From Octopus bimaculoides (taxonomy: Eukaryota): a DNA stretch of 64,000 bases. This document shows, in pieces, positions 49,436 through 61,873 of this stretch (position 1 is its first letter; the number at the start of each line of letters is the position of its first letter). A model generated the notes under the pieces. That model saw nothing but the letters and a program-made list of their open reading frames with translations, did no database searches and was not told the DNA's origin. The stretch is from assembly GCF_001194135.2 (NCBI RefSeq), contig NC_068999.1, positions 33,015,910-33,079,909 on the forward strand, read 5' to 3'. The position numbers and the translations under genes are program-made.

Positions 49436-50543
49436 TCCCTCCCTCATTCTCCTTCTCTTCTATCTGCTGCCCACACGTGACCCTTGACTGATTTTCTATT
49501 TTCTGCCCTTTCACCACTCGACACCTAACATGCTGGTCAACTTTTTCTCCTCTCTTACTAATTCTGTTTTTATATCCATTTGAGGATTTCTTCCAGGCGT
49601 TAATCCATCATTCTCGTGTTTGGCCTGAAAGGCTTTATTTATTGTCTTCATCTATTGTTTCAAATTACATTTGTTTACTTTCATACATCCACCCTGTATT
49701 GTTTTGTTTGCTCGAGCCCTAATTCTACGCAAATCTGTGGGTGCCGCCGATATACGAAGTTCCCAGTCTTATCGTTAAAGGCACGAAACTGGGTATTAGT
49801 ATTTTTGGTCAATAACTGAGGAAGGTTAGGGTCCTTGTGTCTGTCACACATGTACATTTTGTAGTATTTAATGCATTCTTCATTTATATGTGTGTGTGTG
49901 TGTGTGTGCAAGCGTAGCTGTGTGGCACCTTGTGCAGGTGTCTTCTACTATAGCCTCAAGCTAACCAAAGCCTTGTGAGCGGATTTGGTAGACAGAAACT
50001 GTAAGAAGCCCATTGTATATATGTATGTCCTTCCAATAATGTTTGACAACTGGTGTTGATCTGTTTACGTCCTCATAACATTAGTGTTTCAGCAAAAGAG
50101 ACCAATACAATAAGTGCCAGACTTGACAAAATTAAGTACTGGGGGTGTTTCGTTCAACTAAAAATTCTTCAAGGCAGTGCCCCCAGATGGCCACTGTCTT
50201 TTAACAGCAAGTAAACCAAAACTTCAAAGTCACTAACACCTATTTCTTAGTGAAATAGATGAATTATAATACTCTACTGAAAAGTACTGTGTGTGTGTGT
50301 GCATATGCATGCATGGCTGTGTGGTTAAAAAGCTTGCTTATCAACCAAGTGGTCTCCAGTCCCACTAGGACACCTTGGGCAGCTGTCTTCTACTATAGCC
50401 TGAGTCAACCAAAGCCCCCAAAGTCTTGTGAACAGATATGGTAGATGGAAACCAAAAGAATACTTGTAGTACCCCAGCATAGCCACTGCCTTTGGGCTGA
50501 AACATATAAAAGAATGGCCACAGCTCATGTGCTGAAACTGGAT

Positions 50544-50579
<36 letters not shown>

Positions 50580-50655
50580 CATACATACATACATATACAT
50601 ATATATATATATATATACATACATATATACATACATACATACATACATACATACA

Positions 50656-50689
<34 letters not shown>

Positions 50690-50774
50690 CACTGTGTGTG
50701 TGTGTGTNNNNNNNNNNTATATATATATACATACATATATACATACATACATACATACATACATACATACATAC

Positions 50775-50807
<33 letters not shown>

Positions 50808-52767
50808 AACCCATGCCATCATGGAAAATGTTCATTAAATGATGACATACATATATATATATATATATATATGTATAAATTTTGTTGTGTTTGTGTGTGC
50901 ATGTACATATGTATGTTGTTAAGATGTCATACAAACTATGTTTAGTTGTTCCCGGTCTTCCATGTAAAATATTACCTTACTTGCAAACAGGTAAATGTTG
51001 GCAGCAGCAAGGGCATTCAACCATAGAAAATTTGTCTCACCAATTTTCTACTGATCCACACAAGAATGGAAAAGTGGATATTACAATGATGATACATTGC
51101 CTGTGAAATTGAGGTTTTATATATATATATATATATATATATCGTACTTGTCAGATATTGGGGTCGATTTATTCAACTGTTGCTTCCTCCAGTGTATTCT
51201 ATTGTTATTAATAACAATCATTACTGCTCAGCATTATATGCTTTACACCACATTGTGTATGTGTGTGTGTGCACACGGCATGCTCCCACCACCACCTGCT
51301 GCTGTATATTTTAATAAAGAATGCTAGTCTTTAAATGAAATATTAAATTATTCTATTTTGTTTCCATGGAAACTGGATGTTTTACTATTGTCTTCACATT
51401 ATTTTAATCATCTCTTAACGTTATTTCCATATAGGTTATATGGAGCAATGTTTATGGAATTTGTGTGTGCTTGCTTTTGTATGCAAGTACTTTTGCACGT
51501 GTGTGTGCTTGTGCTTGCATGTGTGTATGCACATTGTATTAGCTGTTTGATGTGTGAGTATGTGTGTATTGTATAGAATCTCAATGCATGAACTTTGTAT
51601 TGGTGTAGGCTGTGTATGTATGTATAGTATGCATTATGTGTGTAGATATGCCCTGTGTTTACTTATATGCTGTATATGGAGTAGTGTGTGTGTGTGTACC
51701 ATTTACTTTGCATCTATGTAAATATACCACAGGTAGTGTATGGTTATGTTTTATTGTAGGTGTACGTGTGTGTTTGTGTACTATAGGTACCATATTGTCC
51801 TCTGACCTTACAATTGTCTTCCCTGATATCATTCAATGTTTACAGTAATATTAAGTCATGAAGTACACTGAATTGTTGTTACTGCACAGTAACTGGTTGA
51901 AAAAGAGTTTATGGTGTTAAGGGTTTGGGAAGGCGAGGCTGTTTAAGCATTTTGACTAATTGTGTGTGGGTAATGACACAGACAGGCAAACATGTACAAA
52001 GCTAGCTAGCTATGTATGGATAGGTAGGTAGATAGATAGATATGTATATAGACATGTAAGTAGGTAGGTAGATAGATAGATATGTATATAGACATGTAGG
52101 TAGGTAGGTAGGTTGGTAAGTAGGTCGGTAGGTAGATAGATAGATAGATTGATTTGTAAATCCCTCCTTGTCATATTCATGTGTGAGATTAAAAAAAGAA
52201 AATTTCAGTATTTCCCCTTCTCTTAACTGAAACAACCAGCCTGGATTTGTTATCTTTATATTACCTTTAATTAACTTTGTGGTCCATGAGTATATACCAT
52301 TAATTAAGTAGCATTCATTAACAATCTGCTCTCAGAGGTACACACTTTTTATCACTTCTGGACCACAGGTATGCGTGCATCTGTGTGTGTACCATTAATT
52401 AATATTGTGTTCACTAGTGTATACCATCCATTAATTCTATGGTCCACAAGTATATACCATTTAATTTCCCCCTCAGAAATTATTTTCTTTCATCCTAATC
52501 TTTATCATCATCTTCATCATCATCATATTACCATGAAATTTGATTTCATTACCATCATTCTTATCATCATCTTCATCAGCAGCATTATTGTTCTCATCAG
52601 CTGTCTTCATTGTCATTATCTTCATTGCTGTTATTTCTCTCTCTCTCCCCCCTCTCATAAATAGCAAATTCTAAAACTATCCAGTGATTGATTATTACCA
52701 GTAACGACATTTACTATTTCATTTCTGATATCAAAGGGGAATGTATCCCCTTTGGAAATTGGGAACG

Positions 52768-52937
<170 letters not shown>

Positions 52938-54003
52938 CCTTCAGTTTGCATTGCCCTGAGCTCTGCTAAACATAGTTGACTCTGCCAATGATGCCCCTCT
53001 TCACTTCTTTCTCCTATCTCAGAACAACAAGTAGGGAAGGGTTGGTGAGAGGGGTTGGATTTTGTTTATAAATGTCAGTGAATTAAATATATTGATCTGG
53101 TGGCGGCAGCGGTGAAAATGGTGATGATAAATGGTAGTGATGGTAGTGCTATAGTGGTAAATGATGTTGATAAGTATGATGCAGTAACTTCAGATACCCA
53201 CCATATCGAGTGATTGGTGGAATCTGTTCTGTATTCTATTGACATGCCCCACTCTACTACAACATGTACCCTAATTACATGCCCAGCACTGCTTCATTAA
53301 CATGTAACCCTGCCTGGTCTGTCCCACCCACAGTCCTGTTGTGTGTATGTTTCTCTCCCTCTCTCCCCCCCTCCTTTATATTAACATGTACTCGACCGCA
53401 AACTGCAACCTTTCATTAGCATTATCTTAACTTTCCTACCCAGTTTCTCATTGCCGTTTGTTTTATAGCATCTCCTCTTCATCCCCCTATATTTCTCATC
53501 ATCATCATTTAACACCCATCTTCCCTACTGGCATGAGTTGAACGGTCCCCCAGCAAGAAAACTTAATCCACCACCCACTTTTCCCTGACATCCTTCTACT
53601 TACCAATTTACTGAGACAATTAGGTGTTCCTTCATCTCTTTCTCTCTCGCTCACACACACACACACATGGTGCAAATGGCCACAGATTATGTGATTAAAA
53701 TCTCCAAACCAATGAACATTGTTCTCATACAGAAGGTTTCTTTCTAAAGATCCAGTCAGCATAATACAAAACACAAGTAGTAGTGGTGGTATTGATGGTG
53801 GGTGTTGGACAGTTGTTTTGCGTCTCTTTTACTCCTGGTAGAACAGATAATAGCCAGTCTCACTGGGATGTCCTTGACTGGGTTTGGTGTAGTGTTGAGG
53901 CTGTAGTCTTCATTGTTTATTTCCACTTGCTAATTCAATGATACTATGAAGCTGTTGGTCAAAAACAAAATTTAGCATGCATTAGACATTTGTGACTACT
54001 CAC

Positions 54004-54046
<43 letters not shown>

Positions 54047-54067
54047 ANNNNNNNNNNGACTACTCAC

Positions 54068-54110
<43 letters not shown>

Positions 54111-54443
54111 AGAGAGAGTTCTTTTTACACCAAACATAACATGAACACTATTCAGAATATTGTTAAGAATTTAGAGTACTTCCTTCAGCATTGTTTGTTT
54201 CAAACAAACATCTATTGTTATAAATAAGTTAAGGCTCTAAACCTCATTTTCTGTATATATGTGTGTCTCTTTCTGTATGTGTGCATTTAACATTTTACAG
54301 TTTTATGATACATAGCTATTGTGAGTGAATTTGTCGATGGATTGTTGTCCTGTCTACGACTGAACATCACCACACTTCCCATTTCATCAACATTAACAAG
54401 ATATCTGTGTCTCATTTTTCCCATCTGTTTCTTTTGATTGCAG

Positions 54444-54620
54444 GGCCTTGTTTGATTATGATCCCACAAAGGACAGCGGATTGCCAAGTAAAGGCTTAGC
54501 ATTTAAATATGGTGACATCTTACATGTAACCAATGCCAGTGATGATGAGTGGTGGCAAGCCAAACGTATCACCCCAGAAGGGGAAGAAGAAGGAATGGGT
54601 ATAATCCCAAGTAAAAGACG
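54444..54620 (+). CDS. dlg1: Discs large exon, SH3 domain ([60 protein letters not shown])
   Basis: TTGATTGCAG acceptor, CG|GTAAAA donor; 177 nt, phase 2 to 2; AG+G=Arg. Has the MAGUK SH3 signatures ALFDYD, GDILHV, DDEWWQA and IPSKRR. Confidence 0.97.
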
Positions 54621-54700
54621 GTAAAACACTTTTGTTACTGTTTTCTCTTTTGATTCTGTTTGTTACTGTCCCTGTCCTTGTGTCTGTCAGAGTATTCAAT

Positions 54701-54961
54701 CAGTGGTTCTCAACCAGGGTCCATATGGCCCTTGTGAGTCCATATAAGATTTTGTTGTTAAAATTTGTCTGTAATAAATTGGTTATATTTCTACAATACA
54801 CAAAATATTTTAATGATTATTTTTATACGGTTCCTTATACTATTTAATTATAAAAATATAAGAAGATTTTTTTAAAAAATTCGATAGTTATGAGGGCCCA
54901 TCCGAGTAAAATAGGAATCACAGGAGTCCATTGGTAAAAAAAAAATGGTTGAGAACCATTG
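54701..54961 (+). mobile_element. hAT (Charlie-like) MITE, 80 bp downstream of the SH3 exon
   Basis: CAGTGGTTCTCAACC ... GGTTGAGAACCATTG TIRs; TSD not conserved. Confidence 0.75.
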
Positions 54962-56710
54962 GTGTAAATAATTCTTGTCAAAAGTACCTAAATCAGTCAG
55001 TCAAAAATGCTTAACGAATATGATACTTTAATAATACTAATAATAACATTAATAGTAACAACAACAATGATAATTATAATAATTAGTAACAATTAAAAAC
55101 ATTAAAATGCTAATTTATTCTAATTGTTAAATATGTTGGCTTTTATTCATATTTCTATAAACCAAAAGCTTATAGGCTGGCTTCTTTTAATGTAAAACTT
55201 ACTTTAATACAGTTTCCTTTCCAGTTCTGTCTTATTGTAACAATACAAGAATAAACACTCCTTTATTAAATTGGATTTCTATTGTTTCATAAAAGTTATT
55301 TTCATGTAAATTTTATTATAGAAATGAAATTGTATATTAAGATAATGGTGAATGTATGTCTTTCTGTTCAATATATTATGTCTAATATTTGGTGAATTTT
55401 CTGAAATATCTTAAGAAATGAAGGAGTTTGTGTGATTATTGTTGTTGTTATGAATTGACTGTTTTACATTTAATGTAAATGATTAAAGCCATTATTAAAC
55501 AAAGTTGAAAAGCTTGCTGTAATGGGTATTTGTAAAGTAAGAGCCTGTTAACAAGTGACTGATGGTTATCTTATGGGAGTAGATAGCATAGTTTACATAG
55601 CTGAAACAAACCCATATCTTATTTGAGTCTAAATAATAGCGAAGGCTTTAAAAAAAAAAATGTTAAAATATTTTGTGTATAGATAAGTTTATTGTTCATT
55701 TAGTAAACTACAAAATTCTTACTTTCTCTCAATTTCCTGTAATTCAGACCACCTCATGGTCCCTTACTTGAGAAGAGTAAGTAGCCAGTGTTTTTAGAGT
55801 AATCAGTGTTTTCTAGAGTAACCCACTACCAAGCTATCTGTGGCTCATTTTCTGTCAGTGAGGTCGGTTTGTCTTCCTGTCCCTGCTTGGTTACTTTAGT
55901 CTATTTTTCAACATTGATTTAGAAGTAACAAATATTTAATCCCTATCATTCCTGCAGAACTATTTTTCCTATCCTAAATTGTAGTATAATCATTCCAACA
56001 TGAATGGAACAACCAGAAATGGGCACTAATGTTCCATCAAAACTGAAACATAAGGAAATTGTTTAGTTGTACAGAAGACCATATTATTTGATTGGTGTCT
56101 GTAAATCTCCATAAAAATACAATGTTATCAGGACCTCATTGAAATTTTCACTTAGTCATTGAAGGGCAGACACATTGCATTGGTTTCCTGTTCTATTTTC
56201 TTCACTTATAGAATACATCCAGATCAGAAATGTAAACTTGCTGCCTACAACAGTGAAATATGCCTCCCCCATTTTGCAGATTTATCTCTTTTGAATTTGC
56301 CTGCTGAGCCTTGGAGACCTTATGCAAGACACACTGCAGTTTTGGTGTAAAATCTACAGAACATATCTTTACACTATTACACTGTCCATTCTTCTATTCT
56401 GTCAGCCATCTGTGACTGCTCTTTAATTGCATGGTCACACCCGAACTTACATTAAATAACTGACCAGTACAGATGTCATTAATGTCAACCAGACATACAC
56501 TGAACTGACCAATTAGTTATTTCGATTAAGATATTTATTCACTAGAACTAATTCTCCTATACCTAATTATTATTTCTGTAGACATTCAATGCCTAGAACC
56601 CACACTACTTTGCTCTAAAAGTCCTTGTTTTTTTTTCCCCTGAATTAAAATAGTATTGTTGACTCATCAGCTTGTTTATTGTCACTGTCTTCATCTTTTT
56701 TGCTCAACAG

Positions 56711-56774
56711 AGTCGAACGTAAAGAACGGGCACGGTTGAAGATTGTCAAGTTTACTGGCAAAGGGAATGATAAG
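56711..56774 (+). CDS. dlg1: Discs large exon, start of HOOK region (R-VERKERARLKIVKFTGKGNDK)
   Basis: TTTTTGCTCAACAG acceptor, AAG|GTAAGT donor; 64 nt, phase 2 to 0; CG+A=Arg. Matches VEKKERARLKxVKF of Dlg1. Confidence 0.95.
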
Positions 56775-57018
56775 GTAAGTGGAAAACCTCAGCCCTTTAC
56801 ATACCACACCACACACCTCATGGTGTGCATCGTTGTCTTAGTGTTTTGTATTTTGTTGGAGGGGGGGGGTCTCAAAGTAAGAATTAATATGTATTTTGTT
56901 GTCTTTAGAAGATATCAGTGGTTGAGTGATGTTTGTCTGTGGTGGTCCTAAACGATGTGTAAGTTTGTATGGTGTAGTCAATGTCATTTTTGATGGTTTC
57001 TTTGTTTTTAAATTCTAG

Positions 57019-57127
57019 GTGGCAGCAGCAAATGAAAAAAGGAAAAGCAATTTCTCCTTCTCTCGAAAGTTTCCGTTTATGAAGAGTAAGGACCACAGCG
57101 GTAGTGAAGATGTAAGCGCTGATGAAC
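57019..57127 (+). CDS. dlg1: Discs large exon, I3-like HOOK insert (VAAANEKRKSNFSFSRKFPFMKSKDHSGSEDVSADE+C)
   Basis: TTTTAAATTCTAG acceptor, C|GTAAGT donor; 109 nt, phase 0 to 1. The FSRKFPF(M/Y)KxxD motif is shared with vertebrate SAP97 I3 and Drosophila Dlg as I recall them. Confidence 0.93.
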
Positions 57128-57422
57128 GTAAGTTGTGCTGGTGCCATCTTGCCCTTTTTTCACAATACATAATTACTCGACATCATATTTGGAGTATGCT
57201 TTTCTTTAATTGACAAACTAACACTTGAATGTACGTACATATACATACATATATATATATATATACAGACAGACAGATAAGTGAAGAACTCCATGTGTTC
57301 TTCACTAGTCTAAACAATATTGTTAGCCTGGTGTGCCAACAGAGAGCTTATAAAGTATTTTGCCTGGATTGATAATCCTTCACTGTTAGCTCTGTTGTTA
57401 TTTATACATACATATGTATATT

Positions 57423-57485
<63 letters not shown>

Positions 57486-58934
57486 CATCAACCCTGCTCT
57501 AACAACCCTCATGACTCATTATATCTAAGGATCATATTAACCTGTGTTTTTTATTAATTAACTGATGGAGTATGTATATATTTAGCTTCTATTTCTAGAA
57601 GGTCAAACAACTGTGAAGACCTAAGTTTTAGTCACTGTTATGATTGTTGGTCAGGATTAGACCAGATATATTGTGCTGATAGTGGCTCACTGTTCAATAA
57701 GAAAATGATACCAGTAATTATACTACTACTTGTACTTTGCTGAATTATGAATCACTCATGCAGATATCATTACCTTTTCAATTATGAAAATTTAATGATC
57801 TAGATTACTCTGTAGACTCTATCTATCCACCAGTCACTTCTGTTTTAGACACAATGTAGACTATATTCAAATGAATTCATCTTCCTACATGATTTAATCT
57901 ACCATAGCAGATACTGAGGCTGTCTTGCACTGTGTATGTGTTGTAAATATTGAGATTTACATGCACATGCACACACACACACACACACACACATTAGATG
58001 CCAAGATTTTGCAATATTTCACTTTTAGTATAGTGGTCAACTGAATCTATCACAACTAACCTCAATGGAGGTTCCAACAGGATCTTTCTACTTTCTAAAA
58101 ATACCTACCAAATCTCCCTCAAATCACATCCTACTGTCTTAAAACAAGGAAGGACACATTGGATAATGTAGTCCAAGGTATCTGTCTGAAAAGGCAAGAC
58201 AGTCACTGCAGGATCACCTTCAATTAGTGTGAGCTGGGATTAAACAACTACACTTCAAACTGAACCTCAATCTAATTTACCCTATTCCAGGTCTTTCAGT
58301 TGACAATGACTGTGAAGGCTATAGTCACCATCCCAGCCAATCACTTAACAGATTCATCTTCTGTGGAACCAGTATCTCAAAAGGCTATTCATATTCCATG
58401 AGTGAGAATCAAAAATATTTGAAGTAAAATCCTCAAAAAAAAAAAAAAAAAATGCCCTGATGTCTGCCTTCAGTTGGTCATCTCTATGGTAACACTAACC
58501 CTAATGCTGATCCTCACATTAAGTATAACCCCCCCCCCCCNNNNNNNNNNACCCCCCCCCCCACACACACACACACACACACACCAAAAAAGAAAAAAGG
58601 CTCAGGCATGGCTTTGTGGTTGAGATGCTCACTTTACAACCATATGGTTTCAAGATAAGACCCACTACACAGCACTAAGTGTCCTCTGCTATAGCCATAG
58701 GCCTTGTGCATTTGGTAGACAGATAGTTAATACTTTGGAGATGATTAGTACCATGAGTGAGGACAAGATACACTTTGTGTAGGGATAGAAAGCAATTTTG
58801 GTAGAGACAAGTGATACTTTATGTAGTGCTCAGTGATTTATTAAGTTTAAAACTGCAAAAGTTTCAGAAATATATTGAAGACTAGAAACACTCATGCATA
58901 TATACAAATGTACTCAGACAGACTGCTCTTTCTT

Positions 58935-58992
<58 letters not shown>

Positions 58993-59841
58993 CCTCTCTC
59001 TCTCTCTCACATACACACACAAACACCCATTAAAGAGGGTTTTCTTGCTACACGTAGAAAGCTTTGTTGAAATGTTTTGCTTGTTACACATTAATAAAAT
59101 TGTAGGACAATTACTGTTAAAAACATTTTTTTTTTTTTATAAATGTAAAGTTTGTAAGATTTTCAGAGAAAATAATTTGCAATATTTAGTTTAGTTTTTC
59201 TACATTCTAAGTTCAAATCCTGCCAAAGTAAATTTCACCGTTTAACCTTCTCTGAATGATAAAATATATTCCAATCATTTAACGGACTTTATTCAGTTGA
59301 TTACATCCTTCCCTCCCTCTTTCTCTGTCAGTTAGTGTCAGAAATCATTACAGAATCAATAAAGTATCAGTCAATTTAACCCTTTGCCTGTCCTGTGTGT
59401 CACTTGTGCTACACACGATATATTTCTCCTGGCAGCCATGCTTATTATATGATTCACATTCCCATTTTTTTCTTTTCTTCTTTCAACACCCTGAGTAATT
59501 TGGGACTTTTGAAAGGAAAGCTTTAGAACATGAAACAAGGGATAACTAAAAGTCTGAAAACAAGTATGGATGTTTAGGACAAACTTATGAAAATGCTTTG
59601 GACAGGCAAAGGATCACTCAAATTATTCCTTCTTCTAAATACTTGTGGGATTGGTACCTTCTGTAGTATAATTCAGCTACATCTCTGTATGGAAACTATA
59701 AACAATGGAACAGAGTCAAAAGCTTGATACACACACAACAATAGTTGTACTGTAAAACAGTTATTGGTTCATAAACAATGGAAGGAAATAAAAGACAATG
59801 TAATGTTGACATAATATATTATTCATAATAGAGTTAACTAG

Positions 59842-60009
59842 GCAGGAGTGGCTGTGTGGTAGGTAGCTAGCTTACCAACCACATGGTTCCGGGTTCATCC
59901 CCACTGCGCGGCACCTTGGGCAAGTGTCTTCTACTATAGCCCCGTGCCAACCAAAGCCTTGTGAGTGGATTTGGTAGACGGAAACTGAAAGAAGCCCATC
60001 GTATATATG

Positions 60010-60040
<31 letters not shown>

Positions 60041-60256
60041 GTGTGTATATGTTTGTGTGTCTGTGTTTGTCTCTCCAACATCGCTTGACAACCGATGGTG
60101 GTGTGTTTATGTCCCCGTAACTTAGCGGTTCGGCAAAAGAGACCGATAGAATAAGTACTAGGCTTCCAAAAAGAATAAGTCCTGGGGTCGATTTGCTCGA
60201 CTAAAGGCGGTGCTCCAGCATGGCCGCAGTCAAATGACTGAAACAAGTAAAAGAGT
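59842..60256 (+). mobile_element. Young full-length tRNA-derived SINE with an internal (TA)/(TG) microsatellite
   Basis: A box TGGCTGTGTGG, B box GGTTCATCCC, CpGs retained, AAAGAG-type tail. Older copies near 11220, 18403, 28190, 41400, 49910 and 50310. Confidence 0.85.
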
Positions 60257-61870
60257 AGTAAATATTTAAATTTAGGATATACATGAATGTGTGTGTGTGC
60301 ATGCGTGCATATAATGTGCAGGTAAGATTGTATGCTTATGAAATCATTGGGTTCAGGTTCCACTACATGGCGCCATGGGCAAGTGTTTTCTGCTATACCT
60401 TAGACCAACTAACACTTTGTGAATGGAATTGATTGTGTGTGTGTGTATGTATAATCATCACCATTTTAACGTCCATTTTTCCATGTTTGCATGGAATAGA
60501 TGGAGTTTATTGAAACATTTTATATGACCAGATGCCCTTTCCTGTCACCAACCTTTACCAGTTTCCAAGCAAGAATAATATTTTCCCGTGGCCAGAATTG
60601 TTTTTGCGGAATATTGGAAATGAATGCAATTCATTTACAACAATCATGCAATATCAAGACAAGGAGACACAAACATACACACCCATACTTACTAATACAA
60701 TAGGCTTCTTTCAATTTTCGTCTATCAAATCCACTCATAAGGCTTTGGTTAACTCAGGGTTATAGTAATAGACACTCACCCGAAGTGCTACACAGTAAGT
60801 CTGAACCAAAAACCATTTGGTTGGAGAACAATTGTGGTGTCACAGATAACTTGATCTTAATAGATTTGATTTCACTCAATAGTTACACCATCAGTAAATG
60901 CTGTTATTTTCAAAAGATCTTTCAAATAAGAATATCTTAATACACTCACACACAGATGTGTGTGTGAATTTGTGTGCATGACATCTTGTGTCTTGTCATT
61001 AACACAATACAAACAAAAAAAATGGATACCTGTTCTCAATCACCCATACTAGTGGAAAACAGGTTTGCAGCTGAAAGAGCATCTGACCTCAACAAGCTTT
61101 GTCTAAGCACTTGTCTGCATGGAATAATGAACATAGAAATTGAACAAATGAATATATATATATATATATATATAGTTACAGAAACTGTGAAGGCGCATGG
61201 ATCAGTGGTTAGAGTGTCAGGCTCACAATCATGAGGTAGTGAGTTGTGTTCTTCAGCAAAACACTTTATTTCATGTTGCTCCAGTCCACTCAACTGTAGA
61301 AATGAATTGAAACATCACTAGTGCCAAGCTGTATCAGCCCCTTTGCCTTTCCCTTGGATAACATCCATGGCATGGAGAGGGGAGGCTGGTATGCATGGGC
61401 GACTGCTGGCCTCCCATAAACAACCTTGCCTCGACTTGTGCCTCAGAGGGGAACTTTCTAGGTACAATCCCATGGTCATTCATGACCAAAGGGGGTCTTT
61501 ACATGTTACAGAATCCACTGCTTAATGGGTTCAAGTCCATCCTTATACACTTTACTCTATGATCCCTCTGGGATCAATTTAGTCAACTTAGCTCCTCCTC
61601 AAATGTTTCAGTTAGAAATGTTTTTGCAAAATCATGAGAGTAGATAAAATTGCCCTAGATACAATACTTTGGCAAGATTTGAACTCAGAACACTAAGGAC
61701 TTTCAACATTTGTAAAGAACTAGTCATATTACTAATGTCTCTTGAAATTCATTGTTCCTTTTCTCCAAACCATGCAACCTTGTCTTAATATTTTTATTCT
61801 TTGAAAAATAAATATTATCTCTCCTCTTATTTTCCCACCTCTTCTTTTTGGCTGCTTTTCTGGATTATAG

Positions 61871-61873
61871 AAG
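61871..61873 (+). CDS. Candidate 3-nt microexon (AAG) of dlg1
   Basis: TTATAG|AAG|GTACGT; no AG from 61724 to 61868; pyrimidine tract with TGC at 61853-61855; frame-preserving in the phase-1 intron. No transcript evidence available. Confidence 0.45.

Noticed and set aside
53995-54115. Direct duplication GACTACTCACT(GT)n(GA)n on both sides of a 10-N gap; similar case at 50690-50800
   Set aside because: Typical overlap of contig ends at a scaffold join; probably an assembly artefact.
57599-57601. Another TAG|AAG|GT microexon-like site
   Set aside because: Poor donor (GTCAAA) and a competing AG about 13 nt upstream.
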